A DNA stretch of 64,000 nucleotides, from NCBI GenBank assembly GCA_965201115.1, contig OZ241745.1, positions 258,308-322,307 on the forward strand. Direction: 5' to 3'. The notes beneath the pieces were generated by a model, which saw nothing but the letters and a program-made list of their open reading frames with translations, did no database searches and was not told where the DNA came from. Of the stretch, positions 28,608-36,931 are shown in pieces. The position numbers and the translations under genes are program-made. Numbering within the stretch: position 1 is the first letter of the stretch; every line of letters starts with the position of its first letter. Source of the stretch: Alphaproteobacteria bacterium. Lineage in GTDB: Bacteria > Pseudomonadota > Alphaproteobacteria > UBA7887.

Positions 28608-29416
28608 TGCATCTTCTCGATCCACAGCGATGCCAGCTGATGGCCGAGCCCCCCTTGCGCCAGGTTGGGCAAGGTAAGCGCGGCGCCGCGGCCGATGGCC
28701 GCCATGTTCGGCGTCTGGCTCGCCAGGCGTTCATGGTCGTTCGCATACCAGCCGCCGCGCCCGAAACGGGCCATGTCGTATATGAACTGGCACATCGAAT
28801 AGTCCTTGAATTTCTTTCTGTTGGGTTGCTTCCTGAACGCGCTGTCGCGATACTGGCGCTCAAGCACGACGTGCAGATACAGCGTTCGGATGGGGGTCTT
28901 GCCGCCGCGGTCCTCGCCGCGCGCCCGCGCACACCCCAAGGCGTTCTTGACCGTCGCGAAAAACTCGTCGCGCGCAAACGGCGCGCCGTCGAGTTTCTCC
29001 TTCGCATCCCGGATACGGGCGAACAGGCGCGCGCCATCGGTCTCGTCGAACATGTCCAGCTTCTCGCTGCCGAGATACAACGTCACGCGCGCAAGGCGGT
29101 ACTGGACCTTGAAGCAATCGACCCAGTCGTAATTCTGCAACCTGCGCGTCGGCCATCCCGCGTCGCCCGCGGCGTTGTGCAGCGCTTCCCTGCGCTTCGC
29201 GAGTTTGTCTTCGACGCGGCGCTTGAGCGCGTCCCGGCGCTTTTCGAGGGTTTCGACCAACCCGCTCTCCGAAACCTCGCGTACGGCGTCGATGGTCTTG
29301 TCGATCAAAGACAGCAAGGGCAGGTCGTCGTCCGGCTTGGCGCGCGACAAGGCATCGGTCGTGCGCTTTGCCTTGGCGACGCCCTTCTTTATGGCCTGAA
29401 TTTCGTCGTCGAGCAC
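28604..29416 (-). CDS. hypothetical protein, first gene of the ATPase-helicase operon (coiled-coil N-terminus, no recognisable domain)
   Basis: GTG start with a GGGAGG Shine-Dalgarno 8 nt upstream. The track ORF extends to 29773 but that extension runs through a REP element and is R/P-rich junk. About 270 aa, with WVDCFKVQYRLARVTLYLGSEKLDMFDETDG...YLHVVLERQYRDSAF. Confidence 0.5.
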   Translation of the reverse strand: MLDDEIQAIKKGVAKAKRTTDALSRAKPDDDLPLLSLIDKTIDAVREVSESGLVETLEKRRDALKRRVEDKLAKRREALHNAAGDAGWPTRRLQNYDWVDCFKVQYRLARVTLYLGSEKLDMFDETDGARLFARIRDAKEKLDGAPFARDEFFATVKNALGCARARGEDRGGKTPIRTLYLHVVLERQYRDSAFRKQPNRKKFKDYSMCQFIYDMARFGRGGWYANDHERLASQTPNMAAIGRGAALTLPNLAQGGLGHQLASLWIEKMQ

Positions 29417-29579
29417 CGGGCGCCTCCCATGCGGCGGTCCAGCGGGTAACGCGCGCGTTCCGCCGTTGCAGCGCCGACGATAGCGGCCGCCGCGCGCCGC
29501 GCAACCCTGTCGCCGGGGGCGCGATGCGGTGGAGGGGGGCGGCCGGGCAACCGGTCGGCATCGTTCCGCCCGCGCAGTG

Positions 29580-29660
29580 GCGCTGTCGGCGAGACGCCCG
29601 CGCCGAAGGCGCGGACTGCCCGGGACCGCGGGCGTCCCCGCCCGCACGTCCCGACCGTCC
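29580..29660. repeat. REP-like repeat, variant B, in the divergent promoter region between the defense-like operon and kefB-like gene
   Basis: gacgcccgcgccgaaggcgcggactgcccgggaccgcgggcgtccccgcccgcacgtcccgaccgtcccg. Confidence 0.5.
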
Positions 29661-29915
29661 CGAACGAGGCCGGGCAGGGCGCGTCGCCGGCGCGCGCGCC
29701 CGGACTGCCGGTCGTCTGGACAACCCGCGGATATATTTCTATAATGTTCCCATGACCGCCGCCTCCCGCGCAACCTCCGCCCGCGCCGCCGCTCGGCGGG
29801 CGCCCGGCGCGCCGGCCCGGGCGGGAGCCCCGCAGAGCCCCGCGGATCCCCGCAACGCCCTTGCCCGCCCGGCGCCGCGCGTCGCGCGGCGGGGATATGC
29901 TATGTTCGGCGGGGC

Positions 29916-31541
29916 GTGACGCAGACACTTTACATACTTGCCGCCTATCTGGTTTTCGCCGGGCTGTTCATGCGGTTGCGGGTGGGGCCGGTGGTGGGGC
30001 TGCTGGTGGCCGGCGCGGCCATCGGGCCGTTCGGCGCCGGGCTGGTGAGCGACGTCGAGGCGGTCTCGACCCTCGCCGAGCTCGGCATCCTGTTCCTGCT
30101 GTTCAACGTCGGGCTCGAGATCAAGTTCGAGCGCCTGCGGCTGTTCGGGTGGCGCGTCTATGCGCTCGCGGTGGGGCAGGTGGCGCTCACGGCGGTCGCG
30201 TTCGCGCTGGCGGCGCGGGGGCTGGGGCTGGCCCCGGAAGCCTCGGCGCTCGTCGGCGGCGCGCTGGCGCTGTCCTCCACCGCCGTGGCGCTGCAGGTCC
30301 TGGCCGACCTGGGGCGGATGCTCACGCAGCTCGGCCGCCTCGCCATCGCCACGCTGCTCGTCCAGGACCTCGCGGTGGGGCCGCTGCTCGCGGCGGCGAA
30401 TGTGCTGGCCGCGGGCGAGGACATCCGCGAATCGCTGTTGCACATGGCCGTGGGCGGCGCGATCGCGGTGGCGGCGGTCGTGGCGCTGACGCGGTTCGCC
30501 CTGCCGCGCGCCATTCGGCTGGTGGGTTCGCTCGGCGGGGGCGAGCTGTTTCTCGGCCTCGTGCTGCTGGCGGTGTTGGGCGCCAGTCAGGCGACCGAAC
30601 ATGCAGGGCTTTCCGCCGGCCTGGGCGCGTTTCTCGCCGGGCTCCTGGTGGCGGACACCGAATACCGCCACCAGATCGCGGCGGATATCGCGCCGTTCCG
30701 CGGGCTTCTGCTCGGGTTGTTCTTCATGGCGGTGGGCATGAGCACCGACCTGACGCTGGCGCTCGACCGCATTGGCGCGGTGGCGGCGATAGCCGGCGCG
30801 CTTCTGTTCGGCAAGGCGGCCCTGCTTGTCGCGATCGCGCTGGCGCTCGGCTATTCGCTGCGGCTCGCGCTTCAGCTCGGCGTGTTGCTCGGGCAGGGAA
30901 GCGAGTTCTCGTTCGTGATCGTGGCGGCCGCCATGGCCGGCGGGCTGCTGACCGACGGTCTCGGCGATACCCTGACCGTGGCGATCGCGCTGTCGATGCT
31001 GGCGGCGCCGCTGGCCGCCGCGGCGGCGCGGCGATTTCTCGACCGCGTGGAGGGCGCCGCGGCGAGCCCGCTCTCGGACATCGACTCCGACACCGCCGCG
31101 CTGCGCGGCCACGTGGTGATCGTCGGGTTCGGGCAGGTAGGCAAGGCGCTGGCGCGCCATCTGATCGGGCTCGGCGTGTCGGTGGTGGTGCTCGACGCCG
31201 ATTCGCAGCGGGTCCGCGACGCGCGCAAGCGGGGGCTGCCGGTATATTTCGGCAACGCGGCGCGCACCGATGTGTTGCGCGCGGTTCATGTCGATCGCGC
31301 GCGGCTGGCGGTGCTGGCGCTCCCCGACGGCGATCTGACCGCGCGCGTGCTGGCGACGATCCGGCGCATCGCCCCCCGCACGCGCCTCGTCGCCCGCGCC
31401 CCGCACGACACCGACGCCGACATGCTGCGCCGCGCCGGCGCCGAGACCATCGTTGTCGACAGTTTGGGCACCGCGGTAGAACTGGCCGAACGCTCGATCG
31501 TGCTGCTCGACCTCCCTGCCGAAGCGCGCACGGCGGCATGA
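29916..31541 (+). CDS. CPA2-family monovalent cation:proton antiporter with C-terminal RCK/TrkA-N domain (KefB/KefC-like)
   Basis: 541 aa. 12-13 TM helices, then HVVIVGFGQVGKALARHL (Rossmann GxGxxG) and an RCK domain. GTG start. Confidence 0.85.
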   Translation: MTQTLYILAAYLVFAGLFMRLRVGPVVGLLVAGAAIGPFGAGLVSDVEAVSTLAELGILFLLFNVGLEIKFERLRLFGWRVYALAVGQVALTAVAFALAARGLGLAPEASALVGGALALSSTAVALQVLADLGRMLTQLGRLAIATLLVQDLAVGPLLAAANVLAAGEDIRESLLHMAVGGAIAVAAVVALTRFALPRAIRLVGSLGGGELFLGLVLLAVLGASQATEHAGLSAGLGAFLAGLLVADTEYRHQIAADIAPFRGLLLGLFFMAVGMSTDLTLALDRIGAVAAIAGALLFGKAALLVAIALALGYSLRLALQLGVLLGQGSEFSFVIVAAAMAGGLLTDGLGDTLTVAIALSMLAAPLAAAAARRFLDRVEGAAASPLSDIDSDTAALRGHVVIVGFGQVGKALARHLIGLGVSVVVLDADSQRVRDARKRGLPVYFGNAARTDVLRAVHVDRARLAVLALPDGDLTARVLATIRRIAPRTRLVARAPHDTDADMLRRAGAETIVVDSLGTAVELAERSIVLLDLPAEARTAA

Positions 31542-31655
31542 ATGCCAAGGGCTATCGATATCGACCGCCCCGGGACGCGCCGAACCGCCCCGGTGGCCAA
31601 CCGCCCCGGTTCGGGCTATAATCGCGTATCGGCGCCGGAATAACGGGGAAGTCGC

Positions 31656-32963
31656 ATGTTGCTGCGTTTCGGCGTGTCGAACCATCTGTCGATCCGCGAC
31701 TTTCAGGCACTGCTGCTGACGCCTGCCGCGTTGCGGGAACCGGCGGAGGGGTTGATCTCGTGCCCGCCCGCGCCCGGAGGCAAACTGCTTCCCGCCGCCG
31801 TCATCTACGGCGCCAACGCGTCCGGCAAGACGAATTGCATCCACGCCATGCATTTCATGCGCCATCTGGTGTTGGGTTCTCATGCCCACGGGAAGCCGGG
31901 CGAGAATGTCCCGCGCTATCCTTTCAAACTCGATCCGGCCTGCATCGATACGCCGTCGCGCTTCGAAATCGATTTCGTCCTCGACGACGGCGTGCGCTAC
32001 CATTACGGTTTCGAGGCGTCCGACAAGGCGTTCGAATCGGAATGGTTGTACGCCTTCCCCAAGGCGCGCCGCCGGATATTGTTCGAGCGCGACGGAAGCG
32101 ACTATCGTTTCGGCCGCTGGTTGGCAGGCAAAAACGAGATCGTTCGGGGCTTGACCAGACCCAACAGCCTGTACGTTTCGGCGGCGGCGCAGAACGGGCA
32201 TGAGCAGCTGTCCGGTATCTTCGGGTACTTCGAAGCGCTTCATGGCGTTGGCGCTACCGACGTTACGGGCGTGGAGGGCATATTACGGTTCGCCGGAGAC
32301 GAACCGGACCGTCGAACGATCGATTTTCTCGAGCATGTCGGCATTGCGGTATCGGGATACAGAAAAAAGAAAGACGATATGTACGCCAGGATCGGGAACG
32401 ATATGAAAAAAATCGGGGCCATGACCGGCATTCCCGAGGGAGCGGCGGCGTCCGAAGCGTTGCATGACCGCTTTGCGATACTGGCGAGGGACGGGGAACT
32501 GCAACTCGCTCATCGCAGCTGGGCGGGCAACGACGTTTACCTTGAGCTGGAACGGGAAAGCGCGGGCACGCGGCGGCTGCTTCTCGTATTGCGCGAGACG
32601 TATCGTGCGCTGGACAAGGGCTTGCCGTTGGCGATCGACGAACTGGACGCCAGCTTGCACACTCAGGCCGCCAAATCGGTGCTCGGCCTGTTTTGCTCTC
32701 ATGAGACGAATCCGAACGGCGCGCAACTGATCGCGACGACTCACGATACCAACCTGATGAAGGTCCGGATGTCGACGCGGGACCGGATTCTGAGGCAGGA
32801 TCAAATCTGGTTCGCGGAGCAGGGGCGGGATGGCGAGACGACCCTGTATCCGCTTACCGATTACCGGACTCGCAAGGGCGATAATATCGAGAGGGAGTAC
32901 TTGCAGGGCCGTTACGGCGCGACGCCTCTCGATGATATTGTCACGGGCCATGGCGCGGCGTAG
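31656..32963 (+). CDS. AAA_21/AAA_15-type ABC-like ATPase (AbiLi-like abortive-infection ATPase)
   Basis: Walker A at the N-terminus (IYGANASGKTN); D-loop/Walker B LAIDELDASLH; H-loop ATTHDTNL. 435 aa. Confidence 0.75.
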   Translation: MLLRFGVSNHLSIRDFQALLLTPAALREPAEGLISCPPAPGGKLLPAAVIYGANASGKTNCIHAMHFMRHLVLGSHAHGKPGENVPRYPFKLDPACIDTPSRFEIDFVLDDGVRYHYGFEASDKAFESEWLYAFPKARRRILFERDGSDYRFGRWLAGKNEIVRGLTRPNSLYVSAAAQNGHEQLSGIFGYFEALHGVGATDVTGVEGILRFAGDEPDRRTIDFLEHVGIAVSGYRKKKDDMYARIGNDMKKIGAMTGIPEGAAASEALHDRFAILARDGELQLAHRSWAGNDVYLELERESAGTRRLLLVLRETYRALDKGLPLAIDELDASLHTQAAKSVLGLFCSHETNPNGAQLIATTHDTNLMKVRMSTRDRILRQDQIWFAEQGRDGETTLYPLTDYRTRKGDNIEREYLQGRYGATPLDDIVTGHGAA

Positions 32964-33621
32964 CCGCAAGGACGGCCGCGGCGATCCGATAGCGTTCGAA
33001 CGCCGTCGTTCCGTTCGGGATCGGAGGCGGCGCTTCGTTCTGTTTTGCGAAGGCCGCAACACGGAACCGGGGTACTTCGGAGCGGTTCGGCGGTTCTGCG
33101 CGGGAGGCGCCGTCGCCATACGGATTGTGCAAGGTCTCGGCGTGCCGATGGCGGTTGCGGAGCGCGCCGCGGATGAAAGCAGGCAACTTCGTGCAAGGGG
33201 CGCGGGTCGCGGCGGGGACCGGATCTGGGCGGTGTTCGACCGTGACAGCCACCCGGAATATGAGGAAGCGGCGGTGCTTTGCGAGCGGCACGGGGTCGAA
33301 GTCGCGCGTTCGGACCCGTGCTTCGAGCTCTGGTTGATTCTCCATATCGAGAAATACGACAAGGCGTGCGGCAATAGCGACGTGCAAAGGCGTCTTGAGA
33401 CGCTGCGCCCCGAATACGATCGCAAAGGCGCCAAGACGGCGGACTTTACCGGCTTGATTCGCTGTGCAGAGGATGCGGAAGAACGCGCGGCCATGCAATT
33501 GCGTTTGCGCGAACGGGAAGGAAAGCCGTTCGGCAATCCTTCGACCACGGTCGGGAATTTAACCCGCGCCATTCGCGAGGCGAACGGGCAAGCGCGTTGG
33601 AGCGCGCCGCCCGCCCGATAA
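32950..33621 (+). CDS. RloB-like protein (AbiLii-like; predicted Toprim/OLD-type nuclease partner)
   Basis: FVLFCEGRNTEPGYF matches the RloB N-terminal signature (xLIVCEGEKTEPxYF). Conserved DRD and E motifs (WAVFDRDSHPEYEE, CFELWLILH). Overlaps the ATPase stop by 14 nt. Confidence 0.7.
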   Translation: MARRSRKDGRGDPIAFERRRSVRDRRRRFVLFCEGRNTEPGYFGAVRRFCAGGAVAIRIVQGLGVPMAVAERAADESRQLRARGAGRGGDRIWAVFDRDSHPEYEEAAVLCERHGVEVARSDPCFELWLILHIEKYDKACGNSDVQRRLETLRPEYDRKGAKTADFTGLIRCAEDAEERAAMQLRLREREGKPFGNPSTTVGNLTRAIREANGQARWSAPPAR

Positions 33622-33686
33622 TCCGAACCGCCGCCGGGGCGTACCGGGCCCGACATTCGATTTCCGCGCAGGCGAACCCCGCTCGG

Positions 33687-34307
33687 TCACGGCCGGCGCG
33701 CGCGCGCCGCGCCGATCATGCTGTCGCGGCTCACGAGGCGGGCCAGTTCGGGCTCGGGCCAACCCGCTGTTCCCGCGGGACGTTCGGGGACAACGAGATA
33801 GCGCATGTCGGCGGTCGAATCGTGGACGCGGACCTCGACGCCGGACGGCAGCTCCGTGCCGAATTCGCGCAGGACGGCGCGCGGCTCGCGAATCGCGCGG
33901 CGGCGGTAGGCGGCGGACTTGTACCACCGCGGCGGCAGGCCGAGCAGCGCGCGCGGATAGCATGAACACAGCGTGCAGACGACCAGATTATGGACGCGCG
34001 GCGTATTGGCGACCGCGACCAGCGGCGTTCCGTCGGTGGCGATGTCGAGCTCCTCGGCCGCCGCGGCGGCGTCTGCCAGCAGGCGCGCGGCATAGGCGGG
34101 GTCGGTCCACGCGCGGGCAACGATGCGCGCGCCGCGGGCGGGGGTGCGGGCGTCCATCGCCGCGACCTGCGCCGCGTGCTCCGCCGCCGTGAAGACGCCG
34201 TTCTCGACGAGCAGCTCCTCCACGGCGAGAGCGAGCCGGCGGTAATGCGGGTCGCCGGTCGGCGGCGGGCCGTGGGCGTGTTCGCGCGGCGCGCGCTCTC
34301 GCGTCAT
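33687..34307 (-). CDS. nitrile hydratase alpha-subunit-like protein (Co-type CTLCSC metal site); could be a thiocyanate hydrolase gamma-like subunit
   Basis: VVCTLCSCYP is the post-translationally oxidised cysteine cluster of NHase alpha. 206 aa. Confidence 0.75.
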   Translation of the reverse strand: MTRERAPREHAHGPPPTGDPHYRRLALAVEELLVENGVFTAAEHAAQVAAMDARTPARGARIVARAWTDPAYAARLLADAAAAAEELDIATDGTPLVAVANTPRVHNLVVCTLCSCYPRALLGLPPRWYKSAAYRRRAIREPRAVLREFGTELPSGVEVRVHDSTADMRYLVVPERPAGTAGWPEPELARLVSRDSMIGAARARRP

Positions 34308-34627
34308 GGGCGGGCCTCCTCGCCGGGTCCGGCGGGTTCGAGCCAGTGTTCGTGGATTTCGACCTCGGCGGCGTCGCCGGGTGCGCCGGCGTAACCGGGC
34401 CACAGAAGCGCCTGCCGGAAACGCACGCGGTAGAGCGGCCGGCGCGGCAGGCCGTCGCCGCCGTAAGCGAGCGTTTCCGGATTGCGGAACGCGCCGCATA
34501 TGCGCTCGATCTCGCCGATCTTGCCGCGGACATAGTGCGGCGTGCGGATATGCGGCTTGCGCGGCCCGGCGGGCGGGCGGCTTTCCGCGACGCGCACACG
34601 GTCGCCGGCGGCGTAGCGCGGCGTCAC
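34304..34627 (-). CDS. nitrile hydratase beta-subunit C-terminal-half homolog (SH3-like domain)
   Basis: RYAAGDRVRV...PHYVRGKIGEIERICGAF...LYRVRF...LWPG...VEIHEHWLEP parallels the NHase beta C-terminus. Confidence 0.65.
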   Translation of the reverse strand: MTPRYAAGDRVRVAESRPPAGPRKPHIRTPHYVRGKIGEIERICGAFRNPETLAYGGDGLPRRPLYRVRFRQALLWPGYAGAPGDAAEVEIHEHWLEPAGPGEEARP

Positions 34628-34929
34628 GGCGCGCCTTCCCCGTCATGCGCGCCGCGCGCGGCGATTGCGGCCATCCGGGCCTCCAGGGCGGCGCGGTCGA
34701 GCACGCCCTTCTCGATCAGGATTTCGGCGATGGACGCGATCCAGCGCTCGTAATAAAGCAGGCGGTCGTACAGGTCCGGCGCGAGGGCCTCGATGCCGCG
34801 GCGCAGTTCATCGACGCGCATGACCTTCTTGTCGCGCACGAGCAGCGTCATGATGGCGTCGATGCGCTTTTCCCAAGGCGCGTAATCGTGCTCCTCGGCG
34901 GCAACGGGGCCGGCGGGCAGGCCGCCCAT
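34624..34929 (-). CDS. nitrile hydratase beta-subunit N-terminal-half homolog
   Basis: MGGLPAGPV...YAPWEKRI...YYERWIASIAEILIEKGVL resembles the NHase beta N-terminal helical domain. The track ORF's upstream extension is discarded. Confidence 0.6.
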   Translation of the reverse strand: MGGLPAGPVAAEEHDYAPWEKRIDAIMTLLVRDKKVMRVDELRRGIEALAPDLYDRLLYYERWIASIAEILIEKGVLDRAALEARMAAIAARGAHDGEGAP

Positions 34930-34946
34930 GTCGTGGTGGGCGCGGG

Positions 34947-35831
34947 TCACGGGTCGAGGCCGTCCACGAAGGCGGCCAGCGCGGCGCCGATCTCGTGCGG
35001 CGAATCTTCCTGGATGAAGTGCGTTCCGGCGACCGCGACCTCGGTCTGATTGGGCCACGAGCGGCAGAACTCGCGCTGCGCGCCGACGAGGATGGTCCCC
35101 GGATTCGCGTCGATAAACAGTTTGGGCGTCGGGGTTGCGGCCATCCACGCCGCCCATTCCTCGGCGAGCGCGACGACATCCGCCGGTTCGCCGCCGACCG
35201 GGATTTCGCGCGGCCAGGCGAGGGTAGGGCGGCGCGATTCGCCGGGCTCGCGGAACGGCCGGCGATAGGCCTCCATCTCGGCTTCGCCCAGCCCGCGAAT
35301 CACCGACGCGGGGAGCAGGCGCTCAACGAACAGGTTGCGCTCCAGAACCATCTTCTCGCCGTCCGGCGAGCGCAGGGACTGGAAGAACTTGCGCGCGGGC
35401 GCCGGCCATTCGTCCCACGTCACCGGGCGCACGAGCGCCTCCATATACGCGATGCCCGCCACGCGCCCGGGGTTGCGGCGCGCCCAGTGGAAGCCGAGCG
35501 CCGAACCCCAGTCATGCACGACAAGCACGGCGTTGCGCACATCGACCGCGTCGAACCAGGCGTCGAGACAGCGCGCGTGATCGGCGAAGCGGTAGCCGCT
35601 CGACGACGGCCCCGATTCGCCCATGCCGGCCAAATCGGGCGCGAGGCAGCGGCCGCGATCGGCCACATGCGGGATGACGTTGCGCCAGAGATACGACGAG
35701 GTGGGGTTGCCGTGCAGGAACACGATATCGCGCCCCGCGGCGGAGTCGCCGGTATCGACATAGGCGATTTCGGTGCCGGCGGCGGCGATGCGCTTGCGCG
35801 GATGCGGGTCGGCGGCGGAGATTTCGGGCAT
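34947..35831 (-). CDS. haloalkane dehalogenase-like alpha/beta hydrolase
   Basis: IVFLHGNPTSSYLWRNVIPH; nucleophile elbow VVHDWGSALG; 294 aa. Confidence 0.8.
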   Translation of the reverse strand: MPEISAADPHPRKRIAAAGTEIAYVDTGDSAAGRDIVFLHGNPTSSYLWRNVIPHVADRGRCLAPDLAGMGESGPSSSGYRFADHARCLDAWFDAVDVRNAVLVVHDWGSALGFHWARRNPGRVAGIAYMEALVRPVTWDEWPAPARKFFQSLRSPDGEKMVLERNLFVERLLPASVIRGLGEAEMEAYRRPFREPGESRRPTLAWPREIPVGGEPADVVALAEEWAAWMAATPTPKLFIDANPGTILVGAQREFCRSWPNQTEVAVAGTHFIQEDSPHEIGAALAAFVDGLDP

Positions 35832-35913
35832 GGCGAACCCCTGCTTCGGCGACGGTTGACGCGCAGCATGGGCCGGCTATCGTTTCCGCGCAACCTTTTG
35901 CGGGGAGGGCGCG

Positions 35914-36684
35914 ATGGGGCGGCTGGCGGGCAAGGCGGCGCTGATTACCGGCGGCGCGTCGGGAATCGGCAGGCGAACCGCCGAGCGCATGGCCGGCGAG
36001 GGCGCGCGCGTGGCCATCGCCGATATCGATACCGAGGCCGGCGAGGCGGCGGCCGCCGAAATCGGCGTCGCCTTCGCGGCGCTCGACGTGACCGACGAGG
36101 CGGGCTGGCGCGAGGCGATAGCCGCGGTGCTGGCGCGCTTCGGGCGGCTTGACGCGCTGGTGAACTCCGCCGGTATCGGCACGATGGGCACGGTCGAGGA
36201 AACCTCGTTCGCCGACTGGAAGCGCGTCATGGCCGTGAACGCCGACGGCGTGTTCCTGGGCTGCAAATACGGCGTCGAGGCGATCAAGCGCACCTCGCGC
36301 GAGCCCGGCGCGGGCGGCTCCATCGTGAATATCTCGTCGGTGTCGGGCCTCATCGGCGGCCACAACCTCGCCGCCTACAACGCCAGCAAGGGCGCGGTGC
36401 GCCTGCTGACGAAATCGGTCGCGCTGCACTGCGCGCGGCAGGGCTACGACATCCGCTGCAACTCGGTCCATCCGACATTCATCGACACGCCGATGGTGCG
36501 CGCCATGTACGAACGCGCCCCGGAGCCCGGCGCCATCAAGGCCAAGCTCGAACGCCAGGTCCCCCTCCGCCGCCTCGGCGAGCCCGACGACATTGCCTGG
36601 GGCATCGTGTACCTGGCGTCGGAAGAGTCGAAATTCATGACCGGCGCCGAATTCGTCGTCGACGGCGGCATCACGGCGATGTAA
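35914..36684 (+). CDS. SDR-family oxidoreductase
   Basis: ALITGGASGIGR; NSAG; S...YNASKGAV catalytic tetrad. Confidence 0.85.
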   Translation: MGRLAGKAALITGGASGIGRRTAERMAGEGARVAIADIDTEAGEAAAAEIGVAFAALDVTDEAGWREAIAAVLARFGRLDALVNSAGIGTMGTVEETSFADWKRVMAVNADGVFLGCKYGVEAIKRTSREPGAGGSIVNISSVSGLIGGHNLAAYNASKGAVRLLTKSVALHCARQGYDIRCNSVHPTFIDTPMVRAMYERAPEPGAIKAKLERQVPLRRLGEPDDIAWGIVYLASEESKFMTGAEFVVDGGITAM

Positions 36685-36931
36685 AATGAGATGCGTCGTG
36701 GGTATGTTCGTATCATCGCACGAATGGGCCGTCGTTTCGGCTGACGATTCTGCGCAGGCCCTGTTCCCCGTCGGCAGTGCTGCTGGCGAACGCGGCGCGG
36801 GCGCACCGACGGCGGGCGGTGAGTTTACGCCACTGCGAAGCATCGATCGTCCGGACGACCGTACCCGTGGGGCAGATTCGGTATCGAGCTGTACTCTGTA
36901 AACTCGCTGCCCGACCGCTGGAGGCTATCGA

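Noticed and set aside
28604-29773. Full 389-aa extent of the first gene in the defense-like operon
   Set aside because: Residues 1-119 are translated from a REP element and its flank (RARRRRALPGLVRDGRDVRAGTPAVPGSPRL...). A GTG with a GGGAGG Shine-Dalgarno sequence at 29416 gives a compact 270-aa protein.
29916-31541. Membership of the KefB-like transporter in the adjacent defense-like operon
   Set aside because: It is divergently transcribed from a separate REP-containing intergenic region and is a standard CPA2/RCK housekeeping antiporter. Proximity alone is not evidence of involvement.
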